Source: Camelus dromedarius
Lineage: Eukaryota
Length of the DNA: 64,000 bases
Reading direction: 5' to 3'
NCBI RefSeq assembly: GCF_036321535.1
Contig: NC_087436.1
Span: 50,594,001-50,658,000, forward strand
The first letter of the stretch is position 1. Each line of letters begins with the position of its first letter. Shown one piece after another: positions 1 through 10,641 of this stretch. The notes beneath the pieces are model-generated. The model was not told the origin of the DNA. It saw only the letters and a list, made by a program, of their open reading frames with translations, and did no database searches. Made by a program: the position numbers and the translations under genes.

Positions 1-685
1 GTAATCAATGAATAAGCAGTCAAATGAACAAGATAATTTGAGATAATGGCAAATGCCATGGAGAAAATGAAGCACTGGGGTAACCGGACCAACCTGTGTT
101 AAAAGCCTACTATGTGCCAGGCATTGAGACTGTGGCTATGAATAAGACATTGTTCTTTTTCCCCAATATAGGCATATAAAAAATCCCTCAATTCCAGTAT
201 GATAAATGTAGAAATATGATATGCAAAGTTAGATGGTACCACTAGTGGTCATGGGAAAGGGGGATCAATCTGTACCCATAAAAAATATATGAAGTAACAT
301 TAGCATTCATCTGAGAATGGGGGCCATTCATTTATTGGGATATAATCTGCTCAACTCTGAAATTTCTCCTGCATTTGGGAACTAGTATAGAAATAAAGTA
401 TGCAACTGACTGGATTAATAATTTGTTGGTAAATGTAAGGATTAGTTCACTTTGGATATAAGCTGGAGAAAAAGAAAATTATGACAGAATGTGACTAGCA
501 GAAAAGTCATGAATAGCTTTAGTAGGAATCAAGTGAAAATGAATAAATAGGAATTTGTACTCCATGGTAGACCGTGAGGGTTCAAGGTCACTTTCATTGC
601 TATGGAAAGTAGTCTCACCTTTTCCCTTTAAAAAATTATGATAACACTCTATATAGTAACCTTGGTATTTTATGAATATCACAAG

Positions 686-976
686 ATCCCAGTGCTTCAT
701 GAGGAACAGGAGCTACTTCCTAATGTGAAAGAAGTCAGTGATACTCAGGAAACAGTGGATCAACTGGAGCTATTGAAAGGACAGTCCAAAGCCAAGGACT
801 CAGCAACACTGGCAGATATAGAAATGGAAAGGCTCAGGTTGACTGAGAACCTTCAAGACAGTCTTGAAGAAATAAAATCTCTAACTAAGGAAAGAGACAA
901 CCTTAAAATGACAAACGAAGCACTTCAAGTTGAACGTGACGAGCTAAAAGAAGAGATTAAAGAAACTTTGGCTAAA
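686..976 (+). CDS. CENPE: CENPE stalk exon, long type (291 nt, phase 0/0)
   Basis: acaag|ATC ... GCTAAA|gtaagt; IPVLHEEQELLPNVKE...IKETLAK. Confidence 0.93.
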
Positions 977-1100
977 GTAAGTTTCATCCTTTCCTCCCAT
1001 TAAATAAGTGTTTTATAAATATCAAGTCTTTGGGAAAGGGGGCATTTGTAGTTATAATGTTATTACCAATTTTCTTTAAGCATCTCTTAAATTATTAAGT

Positions 1101-1226
1101 GACTGAAAACAGAAATAACTAAAAATTGCTCATAAATAATAAGAAACTATTGAAACAGAGGAAATGTGTCAGGGAAGAGACTATTCCAAATGATTTAGAA
1201 AAAGCCGTGCCAAATTACAGGAAAGG
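1101..1226 (+). pseudogene. Decayed (fossil) copy of the short-type CENPE stalk exon
   Basis: Contains ctaaaaattgctcat, aagaaactattga, gatttagaaaa and aaattacaggaaag, matching the short exons at 4668, 5954 and 7705. It has deletions and stops and no GT donor. Confidence 0.7.
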
Positions 1227-1289
1227 ATAAAGCCAAAAATGCTATTTTCTTTCCTTCTTTAAACCTGTTTCTCCAGCATTTCATGAGGT

Positions 1290-2090
1290 ATTACTATCTT
1301 CCTCATTGATCCAGTCAGAAATCCAGAATCATCCCTACTACTGTCCCTTCCACCCTACTCACTCTGTAATCCAAGTACCAAACCTTGTTGATTTTAAGGG
1401 AGGTGTGTATATGTGTGTAAAATCCTTCCACTCTTCTCTCCACATAGCTGATGGCCTAATCCAAGCCATGATTATTTCTTTCCCTGAATTTCTGCATTAG
1501 CCACCTATCTGGTCTCCCCATTCATTTCATACTTCTCTAATTCATTCTCCAAACTGAGCCCAAGGGATCTTTTCTTCTTAAAACCCTTTAATAGCTTATT
1601 GTTACTCTTGAAATAAAGACCAGCATCCTTCACACAGTCTATGAGACCCTGGATCCCAGACCCTGCTGATCTCTAGCCCTATTTCATCTCACTCTTTCTC
1701 CTGCTCATTGTGCTTCAACAGCTCTAGTCTATTGCTCTTTCTCACCTCATGGCTTCCAGATATTCTAGTCTTCCTTGTTGTATTTCTATACCCCTCTTTG
1801 CCTAACTAGTGCTCACAGCCTTCAGATCTCAACTGAAGCTTTCCTTCCCCCAGAAAGCCCTTCCTAACCACTCACAGTAAGTTAGATTTGCCACTGGTAC
1901 CCTGAAAGAACCCAGCTCCTCTGTTTGGTAAGATTTGGTATAATATCTGTCTTTTCCCCTAAAGTATGTAAGTCTCAAAAAAACAGATCATGTAAAGTCT
2001 CATTTACCATTTCATCTCCAGCTTAATAGGATATTGACAGCACAGTGAGTTCTCAGTAAATAAGTATTAAATATCTGAATAATGGAAGAG
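1290..2090 (+). mobile_element. L2 LINE 3' fragment (approximate)
   Basis: Pyrimidine-rich L2-like sequence ending in a degenerate L2 3' terminus (cacagtgagttctcagtaaata...ctgaataatg). Confidence 0.6.
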
Positions 2091-2232
2091 TAGATGAGTG
2101 GAAAGATTGCTCTGTAAATGAGCCATTGAATCCCTGACTTAATTGTTTTACAAAGTATCCTTACTTCTTTTTCCCTAAAATAAAATAAAGTATCTCTGGA
2201 TATCAACTGTATTGTTGTATGATTCTCTTAAG

Positions 2233-2523
2233 ATCCAAGCATCTCAAAACAAACAAGAACAGTCCTTCAATATGGAAGAAAAGGACAATGAGATTAAGAA
2301 AATTATGAGTGAGACTGATCAACTGAAGGAGCAACTCAAAGCCAAAGATTCAGCACTACTAAGGCTAGAAATGGAAAAGCTCAAGTTGTCTGAGAGACTT
2401 CAGAAAAGTCATGATGAAGTGAAATCTACAGCTAAGGAGAGAGATGACCTACAGAGGCTACAAGAAGTTCTTCAATCTGAAAGGAACCAACTACAAGAAA
2501 ACATAAGAGAAATGATAGCTAAA
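2233..2523 (+). CDS. CENPE: CENPE stalk exon, long type (291 nt)
   Basis: cttaag|ATC ... GCTAAA|gtaagt; IQASQNKQEQSF...REMIAK. Confidence 0.93.
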
Positions 2524-2691
2524 GTAAGTTTCATCCTTCCACTCATGTGTGTGTCTGTTGTATTTTTTTTTTTTTTAATATTCTGTAAGCAAGTATCTTA
2601 GTAAAAAATAAACCTCTGGGGAAAAGGAATTAGTTATAGTGTAATGATTATAATGTTTTCAAATTTCTTACAACTTCCTTTCATAATAAAG

Positions 2692-2850
2692 CACCTAGAA
2701 ATGGAAGAAGAACTCCAAGTTGCTTATTGTCACCTGAAAGAACAGGAGGAAACTATTGATAAACTCAGAGTGGATCTTTCAGAGAGGGAAACTGAAATAT
2801 CAAGCATTCAAAAGAAATTAGAAACAACAAATGATGCATTACAGAAAAAG
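2692..2850 (+). CDS. CENPE: CENPE stalk exon, short type (159 nt)
   Basis: ataaag|CAC ... AAAAAG|gtaaat; HLEMEEELQVAYCHLKE...NDALQKK. Confidence 0.93.
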
Positions 2851-3073
2851 GTAAATTTGGGGTGAAGGAACAGTGGGAGAAAAGTTACAGGCGGTGGCTA
2901 ACAGGATTACAAAGACTACTGTTTACCTCCTAATTGTTTTGGAAAGCATCCTGGATTTCTTTCCTTAAAAAAAAGTATATTTACATATAAATATACACAT
3001 AAATAAGCACACGTTTATATGTGTGTACATATGTATATTTTTGGCTATTAACTTATTTTATTATTATCTTAAG

Positions 3074-3361
3074 ACTCAAGAGCTACATGAAAGACAGGAA
3101 CAATTTATTAGGATCAAAGAAGTCAGTGAGACTGAGGAAAACATGAGTGAACTGGAACAGTTAAAGGAGCATCTCAAAGCCGAAGATTCATCACTACAAA
3201 GAATAGAAAACGAGAGGCTCGAGTTGACTGAGAGACTTCAGGCAAGTCAAGAGGAAATAAAAACCATAATTAAGGAAAGAGATGAACTGAAAAGAGTGCA
3301 GGAGGCCCTTCAAATGGAGAGAGACCAACTCAAAGAAAACATTAAAGAAATTGTAGCTGAA
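3074..3361 (+). CDS. CENPE: CENPE stalk exon, long type (288 nt)
   Basis: cttaag|ACT ... GCTGAA|gtgagt; TQELHERQEQF...IKEIVAE. Confidence 0.92.
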
Positions 3362-3464
3362 GTGAGTTTCCCTCTTGTAATGTTTTTTGGATGTAAAAAC
3401 AGTGTTAAGGTGATAATGATGATGTTCACTATTAAGTTTTAATAATTTTTCTCCAATCATAAAG

Positions 3465-3617
3465 GGACAGAAAATCAAAGATGAACTAAAAACTACTTAC
3501 GGTCTTCTGAAGGAGTACCAAGAAACCATTAATGCAGGGAGTAATTCCGAGAAGACAGATCAAGGAGCAAATATTCAGAGAGACTCAGGAATTTCAGATG
3601 ATGAATTACAGGAAAAG
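3465..3617 (+). CDS. CENPE: CENPE stalk exon, divergent short type (153 nt); not in the supplied ORF track
   Basis: ataaag|GGA ... GAAAAG|gtaggt; open frame GQKIKDELKTTYGLLKEYQETINAGSNSEKTDQGANIQRDSGISDDELQEK, homologous to the other short exons. Confidence 0.72.
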
Positions 3618-3796
3618 GTAGGTCTTGTTTGGTTAAGTTGGAAAATGACATCTGATTATTGTATTCCTCATCTACCTTATGGAAGAAAATAGTGTATACA
3701 TTAGACTAAAATGTAAAAATGATTGCCTTAATTTAGAAAGTTCTTTTTTACTAAAAATGTATGCCTATCTCCTAACTTGTTTTACGATTTTCTCAG

Positions 3797-4084
3797 GTTC
3801 AAGAACTTCAAGAAGAAGAACATCAACTTCTTAAGATGAAAGATGTCAGTGAGACTCAGGACAAAATGTGTGGAATAGAAAACTTGAAGCAGCAACTTGA
3901 GGCCCAAAAATCAGCTCTGGAAAATACAGAAATGGAGAACAGAAGGTTAACTCAGCGACTCCACAAACATCTTGAAGAAATAAAGTCTGTTACAAAAGAA
4001 AGAGATGACCTTAGGAGCGTGGAGGAGACTCTCAAAGTAGAGAGAGACCAGCTCAATGAAAACCTAAGAGAAACCATAATCAAA
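3797..4084 (+). CDS. CENPE: CENPE stalk exon, long type (288 nt)
   Basis: tctcag|GTT ... ATCAAA|gtgagt; VQELQEEEHQLLKMKD...RETIIK. Confidence 0.92.
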
Positions 4085-4667
4085 GTGAGTTACCATCTTT
4101 CCCCAACTGGAAAATATCACATTGTGTCTTAAAAGAACCATGAGTGATAGAGTTGGTGAGAATGTAAAATTGATCCAACCTTGAGGAAGGCTGAAGGAGG
4201 AATATATGATAGTATCTTCCAAATTTTTCAGTAAGTGTATGCATTGACCCAATAATTGCTATTTATCTTGTACACATTAGCACAGTTGTGCAAAAAGTAT
4301 TTGTAGGATGATATTCACTGCAGCAAGTTGCAATAACAAAATTGAAAAAAAGAAAACAAAAAAAGGAAAAATTCTATCTATCCATTAGTAGGGACTGGTT
4401 AAATAAATGCAGCACATTCAGACCATAGAATAGCAAGCCCCAGGTAAAGAGTGAAGTAGAGCTGATTTAGAAATAATCCTGATGGGGAGAAAAAGTAAGT
4501 TATGGAGGAGTATATCTGGAATATATTGACATCTAAAAGTCACTTAGAGGAAGAGAACTGTGGGGCCTAAAGAGGGAGGGGAATTTTTACTTCTAACCCT
4601 ATACTTTTCTACACACTGTTGAATTGTATTATTCTGAATGTATTATTTTTCTTTCTCTAATATAAAG

Positions 4668-4826
4668 GACCTGGAAAAACAAGAGGAACTAAGAATTGCC
4701 CACATGAGTCTGAAAGAACATCAAGAAACTATCAATAAACTCAAAGGAACTGTTTCAGAGAAGACAGATGAAATATCAAATATCCAAGTGGATTTAGAAA
4801 ACACAAAAACTGCCTTCAACGCACAG
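4668..4826 (+). CDS. CENPE: CENPE stalk exon, short type (159 nt)
   Basis: ataaag|GAC ... GCACAG|gtattt; [12 protein letters not shown]...AFNAQ. Confidence 0.92.
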
Positions 4827-5012
4827 GTATTTCTTCTGATATCTAAGTAACTGAGAGTTTAGATCAGATCTTTTGTATAATGAAACAGGATATGAGCATT
4901 TAATATTGAAATAAGTAAAGATTTGCCTATTCAATTTAGAAAGTATTCTTCAGCTTTTTCTCTTTTTCTCTGTATCTGTCTACATCCTAACCTATTATAT
5001 GATTATCTTAAG

Positions 5013-5294
5013 ATCCAAGAACTTCAGGAGAAAGAAGATCAACTTCTTAAGGTGAAAAATGATCTCAGGGAAAGTATGGATCAAACAGAGCAACTAAAGA
5101 AGCAATTACAGGCTCAGGCTTCAACCCACGAAAGTATTGAAACAGAGAAATTAAGATTGACACAAAAACTTCATGAAAACATTGAAGAAATAAAATCTGT
5201 TACTAAGGAAAGAGATGACCTAAGAAGAATGGAGGGAATCCTCAAAATGGAGCGAGACCAGCTCAGGGAAAGCCTCAGAGAAACAGAAGCTAAA
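5013..5294 (+). CDS. CENPE: CENPE stalk exon, long type (282 nt)
   Basis: cttaag|ATC ... GCTAAA|gtaagt; [17 protein letters not shown]...RETEAK. Confidence 0.87.
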
Positions 5295-5953
5295 GTAAGT
5301 TACACTCATTCCTCTTCCCAGCGAGTAACTGTGATGTTTTCCTTCCATCAATGAACCCTTCTTTGAAATGAGTGGTACTTTGGATGAGAGTGAACTGATA
5401 ACCTTTTAGGTAGGTAATTTGGTATCATTGTTGAAAATTTTAAATTCTGTAACCAGCATTTTTTTTTGTGGACTTTATCCTATATGTACACTTACTCAGT
5501 TGTTAAGATAAAGGAAAAAATATATATATATGTATATAAACACATACATACACCATAAGGTGGTTCATCATAGCGATTTGTGATTTAAAAAATAGGAAGT
5601 AACCTGAATGTCCATCACAAGGAAACTGGATAAATAGGACCAATATGTCGGAATACTATGCAACCCTTAAAAATGAAATAGATTTAAATGTCCTAATTTG
5701 AAGCCCAAAATAACCCTGACAAAGAAAAGTAAGCTGTAGAACAGTATGTTTGCCTCTGAAAAGTATGAATACAATGTGGGGAGGTAAGGGTGGGGAAGGG
5801 AAAGCCTATAACTTTATAACAACATCAAAGATGTAGTGTAAGAAGTAAAAGATTTATTATTTTTACTAAGAAAATGTGTCATTTTCATTAAAAAGAAAAT
5901 GCTAGTTAACATTAAGATATGTCATTGTTTTTGAAATTTTTCTAATAATAAAG

Positions 5954-6112
5954 GACCTGGAAAAGCAAGAGGAACTAAGAATTTCTCACGTCCATCTGAA
6001 AGAGCACCAGGAAATTATTGATAAACTCAGAGGGATTGTTTTTGAGAAGACAGATGAAATATCAACTATGAAAATAGATTTAGAAAATTCTAATGCTAAA
6101 TTACAAGAAAAG
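5954..6112 (+). CDS. CENPE: CENPE stalk exon, short type (159 nt); not in the supplied ORF track
   Basis: ataaag|GAC ... GAAAAG|gtatta; [53 protein letters not shown]. Confidence 0.9.
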
Positions 6113-6794
6113 GTATTAAGGGGGCAGGGGGCCTATTTGTTTGGGTAGCTGATATATTCCTAGAATAAATAGTAATGCCTAAAACCCTTTGGGGATGCAA
6201 AATTGTTTAGCCACGTTAGAAAACAGCTTGGTAGTGTTTACTAACACTGAACCATATCATATACCTGCCTGTAGCCCAGCATTCCCACTCTTTGGTATGT
6301 AACCTAAGAGGAAGGAGTGCGCACTTCCACATAAAGATGTACAAGAATGTTCGCAGCAGCTGCAATCATAATCACAAAAACCTGAAAACAGCCTAAATGC
6401 CTATCAAAGGAGAACGGATAAATACATGGTGATTTTTAGGTTTAAAAGCAGGCATACTAATATAGGATGGTAAAGGTCAAAATAGTGGTTCATTCTAAAA
6501 GGGGCACACAAGAACCTTATAGTAAGGTAAGTAAATGTTCTATATTATATTTTAATCTGACTTGTAGTTACATAGCTGTATACATATATCAAGAATAATT
6601 GAGCTGTATACACATAAGATTAGTGTGTAATTACGTATATTATACCTCAAAAGAAAGTAAATCCTCTGTGGAATTATGCAGAATATTAATGAGTGACATG
6701 GGAAGACTATTGTCTCAATCAGTTTAGAAACTGTTCTTTATCCTTCCTAAGAAACCATCTATATCCTGACATGTTATTTTATGATTATCTTAAG

Positions 6795-7085
6795 ATCCAA
6801 GAACTTAAAGCAAATGAACATCAACTTTTTAAGTTAAAAGAAGGTGTCAGTGAGACACAGAAAAAAATGTGTGAAATGGAGAGACTGAAGAAAGAATTCA
6901 AGGCCCAGAGTTTAACTTTGAATAAAATAGAAATGGAGAACTTAAATTTGGCCCAGAAACTTCATGAAAGCCTGGAAGAAATGAAATCTGTAATGAAAGA
7001 AAGAGATGACCTAAGGAGAGCAGAAGAGACTCTCAGACTGGAGAGAGATCGACTCAAGGCAGACCTACAAGGAACCATAGCTAGA
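6795..7085 (+). CDS. CENPE: CENPE stalk exon, long type (291 nt)
   Basis: cttaag|ATC ... GCTAGA|gtgagt; [12 protein letters not shown]...QGTIAR. Confidence 0.93.
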
Positions 7086-7704
7086 GTGAGTTGTGTTCTT
7101 TCTTCCTGTCAAGTGAGCGTGTTTTTAATAAAAGAAGTTTGAAAAAATGTGATACTGTGGGTAAAAATTTAAATGTTACAACCTTTTAAGGAGACAGTTT
7201 GACAATATCATTTTAAAAATTTATCAGTATATATATTTGCTACATCAGTTCCACTTGTAGGAATTTATCCTACCAATATATTCACATATTTGGGCAGAAA
7301 TACAACCGCATTCACTGCAACATTGTTTGTGATGAACAAAATCACAAACAATCCAAGTGTCTGCCAGTAAGGCACAGGCTAACCTAAGTGGGGTTCATCT
7401 GTATAGTGGAATATTAAGCATAAGAATGAGACACTCTTTGTGTGATACTGATTTAGAAACTTGTCCAAGTGATATGAAATGTGAAAAGTAAGTGGCAGAG
7501 TGCATGTAACAGGACTGGGATGGGTGTGGCTAAGGACAGGAACTTTTACTTTATGTCCTCTGTACTGTTCTAATTTGTGGGATGACATGATGGTTGTTTG
7601 TAAGTATGAGCATGTATTTTTTAAGACTTTGTTTAACTAGTCCATTGTTAAGAAAAGGTGATGTGCCTTTATATCATATTTCTCAATTTCTTCTAATAAT
7701 AAAC

Positions 7705-7863
7705 GATCTGGAAACACAAGAGCAACTAAAAATTGCTCATATGCATTTGAAAGAACACCAAAAAACTATCGGTAAATTCAGAGAGAGAGTTTCAGGAAAG
7801 ACATCTCAGATTTCAAATATTCAAAAGGATTTAAATAAATCAAAAGATGAATTACAGGAAAAG
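7705..7863 (+). pseudogene. CENPE: Short-type CENPE exon with intact frame but both splice sites mutated (probable pseudoexon)
   Basis: Open frame DLETQEQLKIAH...KDELQEK. The acceptor position reads ataaac| instead of ataaag|, and the donor position reads |atagat instead of |gt. Confidence 0.7.
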
Positions 7864-8042
7864 ATAGATGGTGTTTTGTTCTTTGGGGGAGTAACTGTCT
7901 CCAGAATTACTTACAGAATGAGGAGGAATATAGATACAGATAACGTCAATATAGATTATATACGAACATATACTATAGACACTATTTTCCTTTCTTGAAG
8001 GAATTCTGTTTGCATTCTAACTTGTTTTATAATTATGTCAAG

Positions 8043-8333
8043 AGCCAAGAACTTCAGAAAAAAGAGCTTCAGCTTCTTAAAATGAAAGAAGATGTCATTA
8101 AAATTCGTAAAAAAGTGAATGAAATGGGACAACTGAAGAAGCAATTTGAGGCCCAAAATTTATCTATGCAAAGTATGAAAATGGATAACATACACTTGAC
8201 TAAGAAACTTTATGAAAGCCTTGAAGATAAAAGAATTATAGCTAAGGAAAGAGATGAGCTAAGGATGATAAAAGAGTTTCTCAAAATGGAAAGAGACCAA
8301 TTCAGAGAAACCTTAAGACAGATGATAGTTGGA
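8043..8333 (+). CDS. CENPE: CENPE stalk exon, long type (291 nt)
   Basis: gtcaag|AGC ... GTTGGA|gtgagt; SQELQKKELQLLKMKED...RQMIVG. Confidence 0.82.
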
Positions 8334-8535
8334 GTGAGTTCAGAATCTTCCCCTATTTAGTAACTATTTATAAGAATCAAGCTTTTTAAAAGGGTAATGT
8401 TTTGTTTTGTATTTCCTAGAAATGTCTACAAACAGTAAATGATAATGGGGGAAACTAACTGTTAATTATAATTTTCACACAAATAGAAAATACAGTTTTA
8501 AAAGAAGCAAAAATGTTTTTCAGAAAATACATTTT

Positions 8536-9497
8536 TTTTGGTAAGAACTTTTTTACTTAAGTGTAGTTGATATACAATATTATATGAATTTCAAGTGTAC
8601 AAAAATAGTGATTTGCAATTTTTAAAGGTTATACTCCACTTCTAGTTAATGTAAAATATTGGCTATATTCCCAGTGCTGTACACTCTATCTGTATAGCTT
8701 ATTTTATACATAATAGTTTTTACTTCTTAATTCCCTACACTTATGCTGTCCCTTCCCCATTCCCTCTCCCCACTGGTAACCACTGGTTTGTTCTTTATAT
8801 ATGTGAGTCTACTTCTTTTTTGTTATGTTCACTAGTTTGTTGTATTTTTTAGATTCCACATATAAATTATTTGTACAGTGTTTGTCTTTTTCTGTCTTAC
8901 TTATTTCACTAATCATAATACCCTCTAAAGTCCATCCATGTTGCTACAAATGGCAAAATTTCATTTTTTTAACACCTTTATTGTGGTATGATTCCTGTAC
9001 AGTAAACTAGACATATTTCAGATGTACACTTTGATGAATTTTGATCGATGTGTACAACAATGAAACCACTATCACTATCAAGATGTCTAACATTTCCATC
9101 ACTCCCCAAGCGGTGCAGTTTTCAAATTTCCAATTTATCCCTGCTCACCCCCTTTAACTCTTGGTAACCATAAGTTTGTTTTCTATGTCTGTGAGTCTGA
9201 TAAGTTCGTTTGTATCTCTTTTTTTAGATTCCACATGTAAGTTATATCATATGGCATTTTCTTTCTCTTTCTGACTTACTGCACTTACAGTGATGATCTC
9301 CAGGTCCATCCATGTTGCTGCAAATGGCACTATTTTATTTTTTATGGCTAAGTAGTATTCTATTGTGTAAATATATACCACATCTTCTTTATCCATTCAT
9401 CTGTTGATGGACATCTAGGTTCCTTCTTTATCTTGAGAGTTGTAAATAATGCTGCTATAAACATTGGGGCACATGTATCTTTTTGAATTAGTGTTTT
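8536..9497 (-). mobile_element. Composite/nested L1 3'-end fragments
   Basis: Antisense L1 3'UTR motifs occur twice (ttagattccaca, tccatccatgttgc..caaatggca). Flanked by an imperfect direct repeat tgtttttcagaaa(a/g)tac(a/c)tttt at about 8514 and 9498. Confidence 0.8.
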
Positions 9498-10536
9498 TGT
9501 TTTTCAGAAAGTACCTTTTAATTCACTAGTTTTAAGAAAAGATTTGTTAAATAAAGCAGACTATTTTCTTCAATGTAGTTTTTGAAAAGGTTTTTAAGCC
9601 AAGAAGTAGCGTCATTCTCAATAGAGAAATATTTGAATATTAGAAAGATGAAATATCTCATTTCTACCTCTACGTGATAGAATTTTAAACATAGGCTCTA
9701 GTTAGACGTTAGAAGGAAAAAAGGCAAGATGAGTATAAAAAAGGAAGTTTTTCTAATATGGCTTTTTATAGACATTCAGATTTCAGAATCACATCTTCAG
9801 AAACCTAATTGAATCCCGCTATAGAATTCAGACAAATGAGAAATTGTATGAAATCTATAAAAGTTTTTTTTGTTCTCATATTTCATTCTCATGTTCATCA
9901 TTGTCTCATAGTAAAGAAATAATAAGGTAGAAAGCAGTATCATTTGTAATTTCAGTAGAAATATCAGACACTTGAGAATCATCTTTGTGTGGGCCTAACT
10001 AAATTTATAGAGACCCAGTTCATTTAACAAATATTTATTAAACAGTGTTTTGTTTTGCACTTCTAATCAGAAATACAAAATATAAACAGGATATGCATTT
10101 TCTGTTTCAAGGTGCTTCAAAGACTATATGAACAGGGCTTGGAACACCATAGGTAATAGACTTGGTTTTGTTAGCAAAATAATTTGGCAGCAGTGATTCT
10201 AAGGCAGAGACTTGGAAGAGTAGGAAATGGAGATAAACCCAAAATCCAGTTTGCAGCTATAAATGATAAAGGAACAAATCCTGTCTTCCAAAAATATGTG
10301 GTTTTCCCACTTCTTTTTCCAATGAGTTGAGGTTACTTACTACAAGACTTAGTGGTACTATTATGTACTAAATGAATTTTTCTGAGCCTTTTTAGCATTA
10401 CTTTTGAGTTACATGTGTGATATTTAATTCCATTATTGAAAGGATATAAAAATATAATTTAGAAAGTATATGAGTAGATTTAATATGTGAATATAGTTAC
10501 AGCTGAAGTCTCCTTTATTTCTTTGTATCAAAGCAG

Positions 10537-10641
10537 GATCAACAGAACCACAGAGAAGTAGTAAAATATGAGAAAAAACTGCAATGTGATGGAAACCAAC
10601 ATCTTACAGAAAGGCTAAAAGAAAAGTGCTTTAGGATAAAA
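10537..10641 (+). CDS. CENPE: CENPE exon (105 nt)
   Basis: aagcag|GAT ... ATAAAA|gtaagt; DQQNHREVVKYEKKLQCDGNQHLTERLKEKCFRIK. Confidence 0.9.

Noticed and set aside
7700..7870. AC acceptor and AT donor as a U12 AT-AC intron
   Set aside because: The AC and AT belong to different introns, and the donor lacks the U12 consensus ATATCCTT.
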